Assembly (NCBI RefSeq): GCF_003704095.1
Contig: NW_020846475.1
Coordinates: forward strand, 434,001-498,000
DNA from: Pocillopora damicornis
Lineage: Eukaryota
DNA length: 64,000 nt
Direction of reading: 5' to 3'
The position numbers and the translations under genes are program-made. Below are positions 1 to 13,730 of the stretch, one piece after another. The number at the start of each line of letters is the position of its first letter. Within the stretch, counting starts at the first letter, position 1. The notes under the pieces are model-generated. The model was not told the DNA's origin, did no database searches, and was given only the letters and a program-made list of their open reading frames with translations.

Positions 1-54
1 AATCATTTTAACACTTAATTTAAACCCCTGCTAAGTCTAGAAAAATTGAATTGG

Positions 55-3000
55 TCATCCACTGACAAGAGGAAGGCGGCCATAGAACAACATGTACGCT
101 TGACTCTTGAGCACCTTACTCTCCGCTGCGGCACTTACGCTTGAATCACTGACATGAAACCACTGACCACTCGGCGCAGGCTCATGATGAGTACGGGAAC
201 TACCATGTTGAGCTTCGGACTTTTGAGTCCACATTTTCTCTATAAAATCCGTTAACTCACTCATTGAGGTAATTTTGTCGTACAGACTTTTCAATGGTGG
301 TTCGCTGACTTTCACGTAGGCTGTGTAATGTCCGCTGTTCATATTACCACTGTGCTGAATTATTCCATACAGCGAGTACAGCACTTTGCCTTCTGAGTCT
401 GCTCGACTCTGAAACAAACAAACAAAAACAGAAACGTAAATTTTCCTGTCGCAATAGTTAAGAACACGGTAGTAAACGAAGGACGCACTGGACTCCGGAT
501 TAAGAGTTTCCGATACAAGTCTAGATACTTTTTCTCTCAGTGTATTCAATTTATTTCGTTTCCGCTGAAAACGATTAGCTGAAGCCAAAGAGGTTTATGT
601 TTAGATAAATTCTGCTTCACTCCTAAGTTATTTCAACGTAACGACGACTAAATAACGTGCGCGAACGATTTTACACGTGATCCTATAACAAAACAAACAG
701 AAACTAAAGGGGTCCCCTGAATTCCGAACAAACGATCCCTACATACATAAGGAGTTACCGAGCAACGACAATGAATCGATACGTGATCGGGTGTTGTGCG
801 GCCAGAGAAGCGTCTTGTGTTGGCTAAGTTTCAACCGCCTCGCGAAATATCGCCTTTATAAACACCTAACCTTGCTTACCCTTCCACTTCTGCTGCAAAA
901 CGGCGCCAGGTTCAGCTCCAGTGGAAAGTCCACGTGTTTGGTTAGTTTTTGCAAAGTAAAGCGAGCTTGCTGGAAACGCTTGAGGTGAAGAGTGAGGACT
1001 GGTGGAGCAAGAGAAATCAGCATCTGTTTACTAGCCACGGTATACACGGTCTGCTGTTGGGAGTCCTTGTTCTTGTTCTTCGAAGACTTCTGTGCTTTAG
1101 CACCTTTTGGTTCGTCTGTAAAGAATAAGAAAGATAAAAAAACGATTAAACCAGTTGCGAGACAGAATCCTTGATTACCACAGGTGATGGAGAAATAATG
1201 AGAAACGACTAATCAGCACTTGCAAAGAAGTCTTAACGATTAATTTCGAGTTAAGAGCCCGAGTTAATTTCGAATTAAAGCTTCCAGTATTCATTCATAC
1301 TCCTGAGCGGAGAAGAGCAAAGTGGAAGAAAGTGTCTTACCCAATAACACAACACAAGAAGGCGGTCGCGACCCGGAGTTCAGCACGCTAGCCACTCAAT
1401 CACACAGTACCGTTAAGATGTTTTTCAATCAAAAGAACGTCAACTTACCTTCTGACGAAGAGTCCCCACTGACATCATCTTTGTCATTGTCTTTCGTTTT
1501 TCTAGATCCCTCCTCCTTATTGTTCCGCTGCGCTCGCTTGGTACATACCTCACAGGCAAATTTATTATTGCCATCTAATAATTCTGAGACGCAAAACTGG
1601 CTTAAACACGACAAAACAGAGCATTCGCCCGGGGAGGGTCGATACGCGGGTTGAACAGTAAGAATCCTATCTATCCCGTTATCATTTTCAAATTCTTCTT
1701 CAGACTCAGTTTCACTTTCTTCTTCGCTTTTTGCAGATATCTCCGTTGCCCCTTCGTTTTCATCGTCCTTTCCAGAATTCGAACAAAGTCTTTGGTTCTC
1801 TGTAATGTTTGTTTCTTGCTCCGTTTGGGCGCAATCATGTTCTACGCCAAGACTAAGAACAATTTTAGTTGATTTTCTATCTACTTCGTCTCCATCTAGT
1901 TTCTCTTGTAAATCATGAGCCGTTTCTTTACCCTGTTTCTCACCACTAGATACACAAGAAGGCGAAAAACTCCCCGATGGACTACTATTGACAATATCGT
2001 CTTGAAGTTCGCTTGGTTTACCTATATTCAAGTTCACAGCCAAATTTATAATTTCTTTTAAAAATTCTTTTATACTCGATGGGATTTCTTCATATCCCTG
2101 TTGATAATGGTCAACTTTCTCAGTCCCTTTTTCTTGGCTGCATCGCAAAGAATCGCAACTTGGCTGTTTCGACGCAGTTACCTGGTTACAGTTCAAAATT
2201 TCCATTGACGAACTTTTGTTTTCTTCATTGTCATTAGTGGAACCATTTCCACTCGTTCCGCCATTCAAATGTTCTGTACTTTGTTCAGTTTGCATCGCGC
2301 GCTGTTCCTCCGAGTCTTTCACGCCCTCAGCTTGCTCTGAATCAGCACAATCAACTGTGTTTTCTGCCAAATATTCGTCGTCGTTAGAATCTAAAATACA
2401 AGTGTCCACGTCCTTTTCACTGACTTCAGCGGACTTCGAACTGCTATCATTATCTCTCAATTGGATATCATTGTCCGGAATCATTTCACAACCACTGTTA
2501 GAATTCCCAAGCACCTCTGTTTCATTCACTTTAATCTCATGATCATTATCACTTCCTTCCAGGTCAGACACATTCATCTGGTCAAGTTCATGGCCTTCCT
2601 CCTCTGACGCCCTCCTGTCTAATTCATCATCATCATCTTGTTTATTGTCGTCGACCTGCTGCGACGCTTTTCCTTTCTTTCCGTGGCCTTTTCCTCCCTT
2701 TTTCTTTTTCTACACAAACAAGACAAGACAAAATATGTCACATTACAGTTATGCACGACGTTGATTAGTTAAAGGAAATACTTCATGTTTTCGGTGCGTG
2801 AAAAAGTTGATCAACACTCTTCAAGTTCGTCATTGTCACCAGTCACGACTTGGTCGCCCGCGTTTTCCCGCGCTTTGGATGGTTTGCTTGTTTTTACATT
2901 AAGTTCTCATTGGCTCTTCAGTGTACTTCCTTTTTTCTGATTGGCCGTTGTGATTACTTCGATTTTGGTTTTACGACACTCGCTCGAAAAGCGTTCGATA

Positions 3001-6000
3001 ACGCAAAGTAAAGAAAGACCACTGCAAGCCTCCCAGGTAACCTGTTGGTCATGGAGTACATTTGTTACTTACCCTTTCGGCTTTTTTGGCTGATTTTAGC
3101 TGATGTTTACTGAGACTCTTAGTTTCCTTCGGTTTTTCATCTTCCTTCTCATTTTTCGAGACATTCTTAGGAGTATTTGATGATTTTGGATTTTGTTTAC
3201 CACCTTTTCCAAAGAACTTGTTGCTGAAGGATTCCTACAAGGGTAGAACGGAAAACCCCTTAAAATCATAAAAACAAACTAAAACGAATGACGAGATAAA
3301 CAGAAGAAAAGTGCCGTTAAAGTGATTTGAGTTAACAAGACCATTACATACCAAATCGACCTCATACTTCAACTCTGTGACTTACACGATCTAGTCAGTA
3401 ATTCTTCCTTTCGGCTGCTGGAGATTTCCTTGTTACTTAGGAGAATTTGGCGAGATATTAACCTTTTAGCTACTTAATTTGCCTATTCTCATCACCCCCA
3501 TTCTAGACAAGGTCCTGATACTGATAAGAGTTGTTAATTTTTCAAAAATGTTTGTAAGATTTTTTTTAATTGTTATTGACAGACTCAAGACTCGTGTAGC
3601 ATGCTTCAAAAGAAATTAGTCAATTACTACATCAGAATCAGTCACTGGCAAGTTGCTAAGATCTGCTAAATGGCGGCGCCCTCACCTGCGGCGGCGACGC
3701 CAACGGTAAAGACAAATCCAGGAATGTCTCCTCCACTTTGAATTCCTAAAAATTCAATGCGATTTCACGATTTAGTGGGGAACGTATATGGGTTGTAGGT
3801 AGGCAGGTCAAAATTGCAGTTAAATTCAGATCAGGTGTGATATACTCCAATGTAAAAATTGATTGAGCCAGAGTTGATGGACTAGGCTATAGCTTTTCGG
3901 GGTTTAACTCAGATTGAGGACTCTTCCAAGGGCCTGCGAACTAGCCTTCTTCACCAGGTGCAAATACTTCGCGTCAATATTTCGGACGTAAATATTCAAA
4001 CCTTTAAGACATGACTGCCAACACTTTTTCCTTCCTTTCCCAAATCTGATCCCAGAGAGTAACCTGAACTTCTCGATGCACAGCAAAACGACAAAAACTA
4101 CCCGATTGAACTTTCTGATCTCATTTTAAAGGCAGAATCTGTTGGAATACGCTTGGCAATCTTAAATTGGAAGAAACCTGGTTACTAACCTGATGACATT
4201 GGTGACACGTGACGATGCTAACGAGCCTACCAGCAAACACACTATCTATGAGCGGTGCTGCAACGCTCGCTCCGTACTCTATGTAATAACAACAGAATCA
4301 GGTGTGAATTGTGGTAAACAGTTGTACCCTAGAGTTATTGTGACAGTGGATAGATTTTGAAACTCGCCCATTAATACAAGTTTATGTATAGTTTGAGGTA
4401 ATTGATACCAAAGGCAATTGGTATCAATTGCTTGAAATAATGTGACAAAAGAGAAACAGACATTTAGTAGCCGCGTGTGACATGTGAAATGCGCCATTTA
4501 AGAGTTCTTTGTGACCAAAGAAAAAATCTGTCACTCTTAAAAGTTTGCTTTTTTAGAAGTCAAGCCCGAAAAAATGAAAACTCAAGGATCGTTCATTGCA
4601 GCCATTTTGTTACTCAGTATTTTTGCCCTGTTCTACATAATACCGTGGCATGTTTTGCGGGTTCTCGAGACTTTTTTTGCTAAAATGATATCGTAGTAAA
4701 ATATTAATAGTATATAAATAAAGTAGAGATATATTCACCTTTGACTTGTACACGTTTGCTGTCGTCCAAGGTCTTCGCATCACTATCACCTTTAACACCG
4801 AATGAGTGCAACACAGCAAGTTTGACTCGCTAAAAACATTGATAAACATAACATAAATATATCAAGATAATGATTTGTTTCCTTCCTTTCTTTGACAGAA
4901 AAAGCACACAATTCTCTAATTTCGGTAACGTTATCACTGATGAAATTGCTTCAACCAATTAAAAAAAATACTTGTAGATTTACCCTGAGTTCTTCATTTC
5001 TTACTGAATCCAAAAGGTAACGTAGCAGCTCTTGACTGTCTTGCTGTCGATATCCCTTAAACCGCGTGGCTCTGTTGGAAAAATTAGAAATAGCTTTCAG
5101 TAAATACGATCCTAGTAGCGCAATGATATAAAATGAATATGCACTGACTTTTCGGTCAAGAGATGGTATGACAGAATAGCAACCACCTGACTGAGTAGCT
5201 GACAGATTGATTAATCACGACCGACCAGGAGCGGATCTAGGAGTGGGTACATGGGGTGCACACCCCCCCCCCCCCCGCCCCTGAGATGACCTTCGGCTTT
5301 CTAATAGACCTTCACAGTAATACAAGATCTGCTGTTTTGTTTGCTATGTATTGTCAGCAGTTCACATTATCTTACTGACTTGCCATAAGCCTTCTTCTTC
5401 GTTGTTTGCTTTCAAAATCTCTTAACGTCACCCGTCAGTTACGTCATTCCATGGTGGTGCACCCCCTCAGGAAAAAAGTCCAGATTTGTCCCTACTGGCT
5501 GACTGACCAACACACAAAAAACCTGACATGCTGACTGAGTGACTTGCTGCCTCCCTGACTGAATGACTGCCTGCCTGTTTGACTGACTGGCCATCTGAAA
5601 ACCTGACTTAGACCGAAAAACAGACAGACAGACTGGCTGACTAACAGACAGAGAGAGACAGACTGACTGACTGACCAATTGACAGCCTGCCTACCTGCCT
5701 GCCTAACTAACTGATTAACGGAAAAATGACTGGTGTTTACTTCTTGCAAATCTCAGCAAACAACTGACGTGGTGTTAAGGTTCGATCAGTTGAGGTTCTG
5801 AAATCTTGAAGTAATTTCCATAGAGCTTTAGTCACTTCTCCTGGTGCTTCTTCAACTTTCAATGTTAGTTTTGGCTGTGAAGGATAAAAAAAAAAATGTC
5901 AGTCTTGAGTAACTGAGTGCAACAAATAAATAGACAGCACAAAGGTGGGTTCTAAGCAGAAATGGATTTAACACCTACAGGAAAACCACTTTTTTAGTTC

Positions 6001-9000
6001 AGTTACAAACATTGCAGCAAATGTGAATCTGGTGGGGAAAAAAAACTTATAGTATTTTATTTAAACACTCTCTTTAAACACATGAAGGTTATTGAGCTAG
6101 GCCTTCCACACAAAATTACTTGTGAAATGCTTTTCTAGGGGTGTGGCTGGACAGAATTCAACAATTCCTGCCATCTGGTGGTTACTGTATCACCATTTCC
6201 CTCAACAATTGACCTGTACCTGGACTCATTTTTAAATGACAAGGAATGCCTTTGAAACTAGATTTAGAGGCCAATGAGCTTACATACAAGCAACAAGCCT
6301 CAGGAAATGAAAGACAAGGTTAGTGCCCAAAGCAGCTGTGTATAGTGAAAAAAAAAGGTTGCAATCCCCAATTCAATCAATTCTAAGCAAATGGAAGTTG
6401 CTCACCAAATGTTTCTTGTTTGGGGTAACATGATAGGAGAACCCTTCTTGCAAAGCACATGAAGCTGCTACATAAAGCAGCTCTGTCTGGCATAAATTCT
6501 GCAAAAAAGAACAAAATTAACAACTGCATGAAATGCAAAGATTTCATGTTAGAGTGCTGCAAATTAAATTTGCTTTGTGAACGCCATCTAAAAAATACAA
6601 TAGAGAATAATACCTGCATAACAGAATTAAAGAAACATGTGTTCCCAAGATTTGCCAAACCCTGCAAAAAAATAAATAAGTAAGCTCCTGATTTAACTGG
6701 TGCAATCAACAAGCATGCTCATGGAGCATTGACCACAATTTGTGAAGGTAAACGGAATACAAATGAATGTTCATATCCTTCATTCAATATAAATCCCTTG
6801 GCTCTTGTTCACAACTCTCCCATCCTCTTTCCTCCCCCTCCTGATATAAGGAACTCGGCTGCTTAATGCAGTGTACCTTAATTTGACTCTTAAGCTGGTT
6901 GTTGGCCTTGGATCCATCTTTCTTAGGTTTTTCATTAGAAACCTTATCTTGACAAGACAAGGAGGCTTCCAATTCTGAAAATCAGACAAAACTTGAGTTA
7001 CAATAAGTTCATATCCCAAAACAAGTTTAAATTTAAAATTTAACAAACTTTAGCCAGGTTATTCAATTCACCTAATTATAGCAAATATCTTCACACATTG
7101 CTTCTTTTATTCATTGTATTTTTTAAAGATATTAAATTTGCCCTTTCTCGACAGATATAGGTCATCCAAGTAATTTGAAAAATTGTATTGTTCTGAAGGA
7201 TGATGACTATAATAAGGACAAACCTAATTAATTTGATTTGACTAATTTAATATCATAACTGTTAGAATTACCTGCAGGAGGGGTTAAGTTCATAACCTTT
7301 AATAACAATTTGATGCACTTTTGAACAGAAGAGTCAGGTTCAACTAGGACTTCGTCATCGCAAGCATAACACCTACAAGAAAACAAGAATATTTCACTGT
7401 GCTCACTTACAACAACTTGACCACACACACTAAAAAAACAAAGAGAAGTTGCAGCTATAAGCAACAGATAAATAAAACCAATTACATTTTACATTGTTAT
7501 GTTTCCTTAATACTTTTACGTGACAAAGTGTTGCCAAAGGTTTAAGTCCAAAATCTTTGGATTAGTTGTGGTAAGCTGAAGTTACTTGAGGGTGCCATGG
7601 CCATGTTGCATGTGACCAGACATGTTTTTTAGAAAACAAGCTGATTTATGTTCTAATCATGAAGGAACACATGGATACATGCATTTACTAGGGATGAAAA
7701 AAGTATCTAACATGCAATTGAATGTACTAGTCTATAGTGTGCTTAATCTCTCTTAACTCATCTATTCATCCAAGAAAAAAGGGAATTGAGAGTCAAAGGA
7801 AAGTGACTGTGCCCATGGGTGTAACATATTTTGACTGATTTATTAATTTTTTTAAATATTTCTTTCCTCTTATATTAAATGAACATTATACTTTGTTACA
7901 TCATCCTTACCATACAACCCAAGTTTGAAGACTGACTACAATGGTGTGTGAAGGATTTTCTTTATTATGTGATAGAGCATGTTTGTCTTCACTATTCCTA
8001 TCACATCCCTGTGGATTGAAAAACAGAGCTGAGAAATGGTTTATCACAAACTCTACATAATAGTAATGGCACATTTGAGGGATTTTTGTTAATATGAAAA
8101 AGTGATGTTGATATATGATGCCTCTCTGGCCACTTGCTATAGGCTATCAGTGTTCTTAAGTCTAACCCATTGAGTATGAGACTCACCCACACAATTTCAA
8201 CTTATGCTCTCACACAAAAGGTTTCTGATTCAAACTATTAATTTGAGATAACAAACTGCTGCTTTAATAAAGTACTTTTAAAATAAATTATCTTTCTAGA
8301 TATACCTGATGGGCACAGAAAAGACAAATACAGACACCAAATCTTTCTGAACCATCCAATTGACCACAATTCTGTAAATAATAAAGAAAAAATCTGAACT
8401 TGGATGGAACCATATATATTCTACAATTAGTATATAATACCAATTATAATTGTATCATGTGTGATAAAGCTTAAAATTCTCAAGAATAACAACAGTTTTT
8501 TTTATAATTTCCCAATTATTGATATTATGAAGAAAAATCTATTTAATGTGTAATGAATGGAAATTCATAAATTGTATCAAAATATTTCTTTGCATGCTAA
8601 TTCATTAGCTACAGCTTCACCATTTGCCCTGATTGAATGTCAAGATTCTGATTATGCTGCCGAATGTCAAGATTCTGATTATACTTTGTATCTTTTACCT
8701 CAAATTTATCATAAAATCTGGGTTTATTTTGGATTGGGATAAACCTTGGAACTTGCTTACTTACACCTCACAACCCACTCAAGAAAACTCAGCAGAACTG
8801 GCTCAAATAAGCCGGATTATATATTGAAATAATTTGTTAAACACTTGAAGCCGAATTTTTTTCTTTTGTAAGAATACAATAAACGTCACTTACTAAGCAC
8901 TGTCCTAGTGAAGTGTGAGGAACTTTGTTCTGCAAACAGTTCAGTTTGACTGACTTTGAAATATGAGGACAAGTTTTATCGTCTACGTTTGGCAACAAAA

Positions 9001-9567
9001 AAATTAAGAAAAAAACATCAGTAAGTTAGCGTAGAAAAAAATATTATTTAGATCTTTTAACGTTCTCGTCCCATCCTCCCCACCCGACGCAGATAGTGGC
9101 GTAAAATCGTACAGTCTATAGACTGTGTTAGTCCTCATTACGCTGTTATCTAAGTTACCGTCCCCACCCCTAAAGTACTTCGAACCCACTTCCTCTGTTA
9201 TCCCAATTAACTTTCTTCTGAATTTATAGCGACTTATTCGACATTACGATATTTTTAACTAATTTTTTCTCTTAAAAATTAACGTAATCCATAGGGTTTG
9301 TGTTTCGATTAAAATCTACATCGGCCGATAACGTAAACTTTGGACTTTTACCCTAGCCAATAGTAACTTCGTATCTTATTGCTTTAAAGGATGATTGTTA
9401 CACAACGTGCCGCGGATGACTGTTAAACAACATGCCGCCATCTTATTTTGGGTCTAAATTAAACGTAAGTGCAACTTATTACCGTCATCTTCCTTGCCAT
9501 TTTGAACCTCATCGGTTCCCTTTTGTTGCTTCTTCTTTTTCAGTGAATTCCGCTTTCCCTTCGCCAT
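55..9567 (-). CDS. USP45: Ubiquitin-specific protease of the USP16/USP45 family (ZnF-UBP + USP catalytic domain with a long acidic insert), complete multi-exon gene
   Basis: Hand-spliced GT-AG exons, approximate: 9483-9567 (MAKGKRNS), 8894-8982, 8306-8371, 7911-8008 ([14 protein letters not shown], ZnF-UBP), 7272-7372 (CYACDDEV), 6877-6974, 6614-6661 (Cys box [16 protein letters not shown]), 6404-6499, 5743-5876, 4984-5071 ([18 protein letters not shown]), 4738-4829, 4190-4278, 3686-3745 ([10 protein letters not shown]), 3073-3234, 1449-2709, 880-1115 ([13 protein letters not shown]), 55-408 (His box [29 protein letters not shown]). Probably co-orthologous to vertebrate USP16 and USP45. Confidence 0.93.
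2830..3000. repeat. Interspersed repeat; further copies at ~61860-62000 (same strand) and ~63805-64000 (opposite strand)
   Basis: cacgacttggtcgcccgcgttttcccgcgct...gattggccgttgtgattact...gttttacgacactc matches the other two sites. Confidence 0.75.
5226..5494. mobile_element. Decayed MITE with G/C-run subterminal sequence
   Basis: caggagcggatctagga...ggggtgcac at the left end and gtgcaccccc...tccagatttgtcccta at the right end form imperfect TIRs. Confidence 0.55.
5495..5735. repeat. Degenerate tetranucleotide microsatellite (ACTG/ACAG/GCCT)
   Basis: Runs of gactgact, cagacaga and ctgcctgc; these produce the spurious SQS/GRQ ORFs in the track. Confidence 0.85.
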
Positions 9568-9954
9568 CTTCACGATCGTGACCGGAATACGTGCATGGTC
9601 TTTTCTCAGTGCTGCTCACACTAAGTACATATCTCTTCCATAAGTATCCGCTGTAGCAAAAAATAGCGTGCTTCGGTATCTGTCGCCCATAGGGCTTGGT
9701 GACGAGGATGATTCCCTTAGTGTCATACTCGTGGAGTTTATTGATTCGTTGTTAAAAAAGACACTGAGTCACTTTGCACTGTTTAAGAAAGGCTTCTTGT
9801 TCCAACACGTCTTTTATACGCAATTTATTCGTAGTCGGTATTATCAGGAAATTTTCCGTCGCACAAAGCAGAAGTATAAATTTACTTTGCTTGCTATGGA
9901 GGTCTGGCGCTGACCCGCGGTACAGTCCTTATCCCAGCGGACACGTCTTCAAAA
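9568..9954. promoter_or_regulatory. Probable bidirectional promoter between USP45 and the YccV-domain gene
   Basis: Two divergent ATGs (9567 on -, 9955 on +) are separated by only 387 bp, in CpG-richer sequence than the flanking introns. A YY1-like CGCCATCTT overlaps the USP45 start codon and a second one lies near 9435. Confidence 0.6.
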
Positions 9955-12900
9955 ATGCCTCGTGGATTACAGCTCTTACTGCTACTATTAGCCGTGCCTT
10001 TGCAGTATTTGATATGCCAGTGGACTAGTCCATCTGCAAGCGAAAGGGTTCAGCTAATCAAACAGTAAGTTCATTGGAAAAGAACAGCTAAATCTATCAC
10101 AACTCGAATGGAGAAATTTGTACATCGATCTTGTACCTTTTGGATGCTAGTTTAGGACGGTCAAGTGCAAACATGTTATTTTCAGCCAAAATCTATCTAT
10201 TTTTTTCTCGTTGCTATTTTGGTAAAATTTCCGCACAGACCCATACTAAATTATGCATTCAGTTCTTGGATAGAGAAAACAATGACAAAAACAATAAATT
10301 TTCATTGGGAAAACAGATTTTTATTTACAATAGTATGGGACTGTGCGGAAATTTTATCGACGTGTAATCTCAAAATCTCCATTCCTTCTAAAAAGGATGA
10401 ACAAAGCGAATCAATATAAACTTGACCGCATCATTTTTGTCTTGCCTCAAAAGATCACACCTCCTAATGTTATCTTCTCCTTTCCTTGCAACCCTGTTAG
10501 CTATGTATAGTAATCTGGAACATATGTTAGAGAGTGAAAAATTTTGATTTAGGCAAAGTTAGCTATGACTCTGACTATCACCAACTGTGTCACAGTGATG
10601 TTCATGTCAATTACATGTGCTTCTTTACACCCTAAAATCCATATGCATTTTCTCTATATTTGTACTGTTCTTTACATATTTCCCCTGTTACTATCAAGGA
10701 AGATATGTTTAACAACCAAGATCTTCTTTAGTTAGTCATCTTTTCCTTTAATCTCACTAGTTTACTGTTTGATTTTGAAGTAAAATTGCAAGGTGAAATT
10801 AGATGCTAGTCACTCATATGGGTGAAAGGGTTGAGGACTGTTCTGATTACTTATGGTTTTTACTTTCCATTAGTTTTTTATTATTTGAGCAATAAATAGT
10901 ATTTTTTTTTTTTCGGCTTGGGCTTTATGCATTAATATATTTGCTTCAACATTCCCCCCTCCCACAACCCCCCCTACAGGCTCTGAATGTTGACTCCACC
11001 CAAGTGCTAGATTTTCTAGTCAATTTTTTTTCTAAAAGGCAAAATAAGCAACTCAGACTTTCTTGAAGACATTTCTTTCTGAGCCATCTACCATTAAAAA
11101 AGTGAATTTTTTTACCTTCAAACATCTTGATATTAAAAGATTGATTCCACTGGAAGGACTTGACAACTTCGGTTCAAATTCCCCACCTTAATTCAGGCAA
11201 GAATCAAATTCCCTAGCCCCAGACGATAAGGATGATAGTCAAATGCGTGTGGGTTTCCTAGTGAGGAGGGGAATGTTGAAGCTCCGAATTGATCCGCGCA
11301 TTATCTTTCACAAACAGTATTATAAGTAAATAGTTTTCTTAAGGTACTATAAGGTTTGTATTGTGCTTTTAGACTATCAAAGCCTCTGACTCTATTCAGT
11401 GGTGGCTATATTCTGGATTGGAATAAATGGCATGACATGGTTGTCAACTGGACTCGATCTATGATTAATTTTTTGCAAGATGAAGATGGTGAATGCCCAG
11501 CTGAAGAAGTTTTTAAATATCAAGAGAAAAATGGACACTTTGGAATGTCAACAGTTCCTCGTACTCCAAGACCAAAGCATGTGAAATTTCATGTGGGCCA
11601 AGTAATTAGACATAAACTGTGGAACTACCGTGGAGTCATCATTGGATGGGATGAGAAACTGAAGGTTTATGTAACTGTATATTGGTCAAGTGACATGTAG
11701 TAAAGTTTGAGAACTAGGAAAACTCAGACAAGTATAATTCAGCTCTCTCTGTCTGACTGAAGTCTCCCTCCCCTCAGGAGTGCTTTGAGGAGAAATTGAT
11801 CAATTATTGATGGATTGTGTGATCAGTTCTTTGAAAGAAAATGATTATGACACATCATCCTCTCCCTAACAAGTATAATGGCTTCGTAACAACCACTTAC
11901 AAATTTCTCTTTCAGGCCTCAGAGGCATGGACACAGCAAAATCATGGAGATAAAAAGGTTTAGAAGAATTAAATTCCATATTTGAAAATAAAGCTTTAGT
12001 ATTTTTTCTAATTCTGATTCCCACTTTCATTCTTTTCAACTACATTCAAAGTCTTGAAACTTATTTAAGATTTAATAAGAACTGAATGTGTTCAAATTAT
12101 CTGTTGATGTAAACTAAAATGCAGTCATGTTAAGTCTTTTTGTCATTCCTCAGCACTGGCAGGACATGCCAAACTATGCAATTCTTGTGGACATCCGTGA
12201 TCGTCCCAGTAGTCAAGTTACCTATGTTCCAGAGGAAAATATTGAACTTATTACCAATACCAAGGTATGATAATTAGGGAATAATATATAGGCATGAGTG
12301 AGATATCGAAATAAACTTTAGAAGAGAAATTCCTTATCTAGTAGCAACCATGTCTTATTTTGTTCATCATATAAACACAATAGGCCTACATTGACCAGAA
12401 AAGTCAATTTTATTAATGAATGAACAAGATAGGATCTGCAATCCTTGAAAAAAAGTTGTTGAGTGCTTGGATGATAAGGCTCAAGATGAAAAATGCATTG
12501 AATCATTACAAAAACAAACAATGGGCATAATTCAATTCTCAAAACAAATTCTCAGTTATTGACCATCAAAATTAGCCTGTGTCAAATCTTCTAGTTGTTT
12601 AATTTCATTTGCAGCCATGAGAAATGCCATGACCAAAGCATGGTAGCTTTTGGTTTCTCTTTTTGTATTTTGTTTTTTTTCCACTTCGAGGAAAGTTTGA
12701 ACATCACTGTCTGTAAGTGATACAAAATTTAAGTATTGTTAGTAGCCATAATCCAAGAAAATTTTGACAAACAACCTTGGACTGAGAATAGTGAAGGACC
12801 TGCCAGAGTGACACAAAAGGCTAGTGATGTGTCATCAGCTGATTGGTGATATCAAACACATAAAAAATTATTGTATATTACTTTTGTGTTGTTACAGCCT

Positions 12901-13575
12901 TTCTCAGGGCTGGGATTCCTTGTGAAACATGACAGTTTATATAATAAATACATAATTAATCATTATGTATGGATCAATTACCCATTACTTCTGATCAACT
13001 GGCACTTTACACAAAGATACAACTTGTCTCTCTTGGACAGGATGCCAGTCCATCGCAAGGTTACCCCCCCCCCCTAATTTAGCAGAGTCTCAAACCTTGA
13101 CCTCTCTGTGCAGAGTTCAGCTCACTTACCATCAGGGTACCTCATCTCCCACACATTGATGCCTAAGCCTTGATACCCATATGGCTGGACCTTATTCCAG
13201 TTTCATTAGCACAAAGAAACTAAGAGGACAGTTACTCCCCTTCTAAAAGGATGCTTGTCAAGGCTAGGTTTCACTCAAGCATTTGGATACATTTCCTCAT
13301 AAGTTTGCCACTACCCAGTCATAAATGTGTGTGGAGACATACTGAGTGAATAGTGTCTTGCCCATGAAAACCACACAATGGGTTCTGCCAGAGCTTGAGT
13401 TTGGACTTGTAATGTAGAGTGCAGAGCAATAACTGTTTTTGTCTGTTATTAATGGTTTTCCTGATATGTAAAATTTCAGATTGTTCACTCAACACTAGAG
13501 GAATACTTTGGTGAATTTGATGGTGCACGCTATTTACCAAGACCCTGGCTCAAAAAAGTTTACCCTCATGGATAA
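9955..13575 (+). CDS. Uncharacterised protein: N-terminal hydrophobic signal/anchor plus a C-terminal YccV/HspQ-like ('hemimethylated DNA-binding') domain
   Basis: Exons 9955-10064 ([23 protein letters not shown]), 11373-11664 ([24 protein letters not shown]), 11916-11957, 12154-12264 ([26 protein letters not shown]), 13480-13575 ([31 protein letters not shown]). All introns are GT-AG with consistent phases. Motifs F.VGQV.RH...YRGVI.GWD, TYV.EENI and YF..FDG..Y.P match the YccV-like domain of FBXO21/HspQ. Confidence 0.88.
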
Positions 13576-13605
13576 ATAATTACCTGTGGGATATGTCTTA
13601 TCACC

Positions 13606-13730
13606 AGGCCTCAGTTATTTGAAGCTAAAATAACACTATCCACAGGATAAATCTCTATCTGCTGGATAACGCACTATGTCAAGCTATCACTTATCTGCCA
13701 GATAGCGATTTATCCTTTGGATAGTGATAG
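13606..13730. mobile_element. Partial palindromic MITE (internal tatcc...ggata units) just after the YccV stop codon
   Basis: caggcctcagttatttgaag terminus followed by ctatccacaggataaatc ... gatttatcctttggatag inverted arms. Confidence 0.6.

Noticed and set aside
5439-5749. SQS/GRQ-repeat ORFs
   Set aside because: Translations of a tetranucleotide microsatellite.
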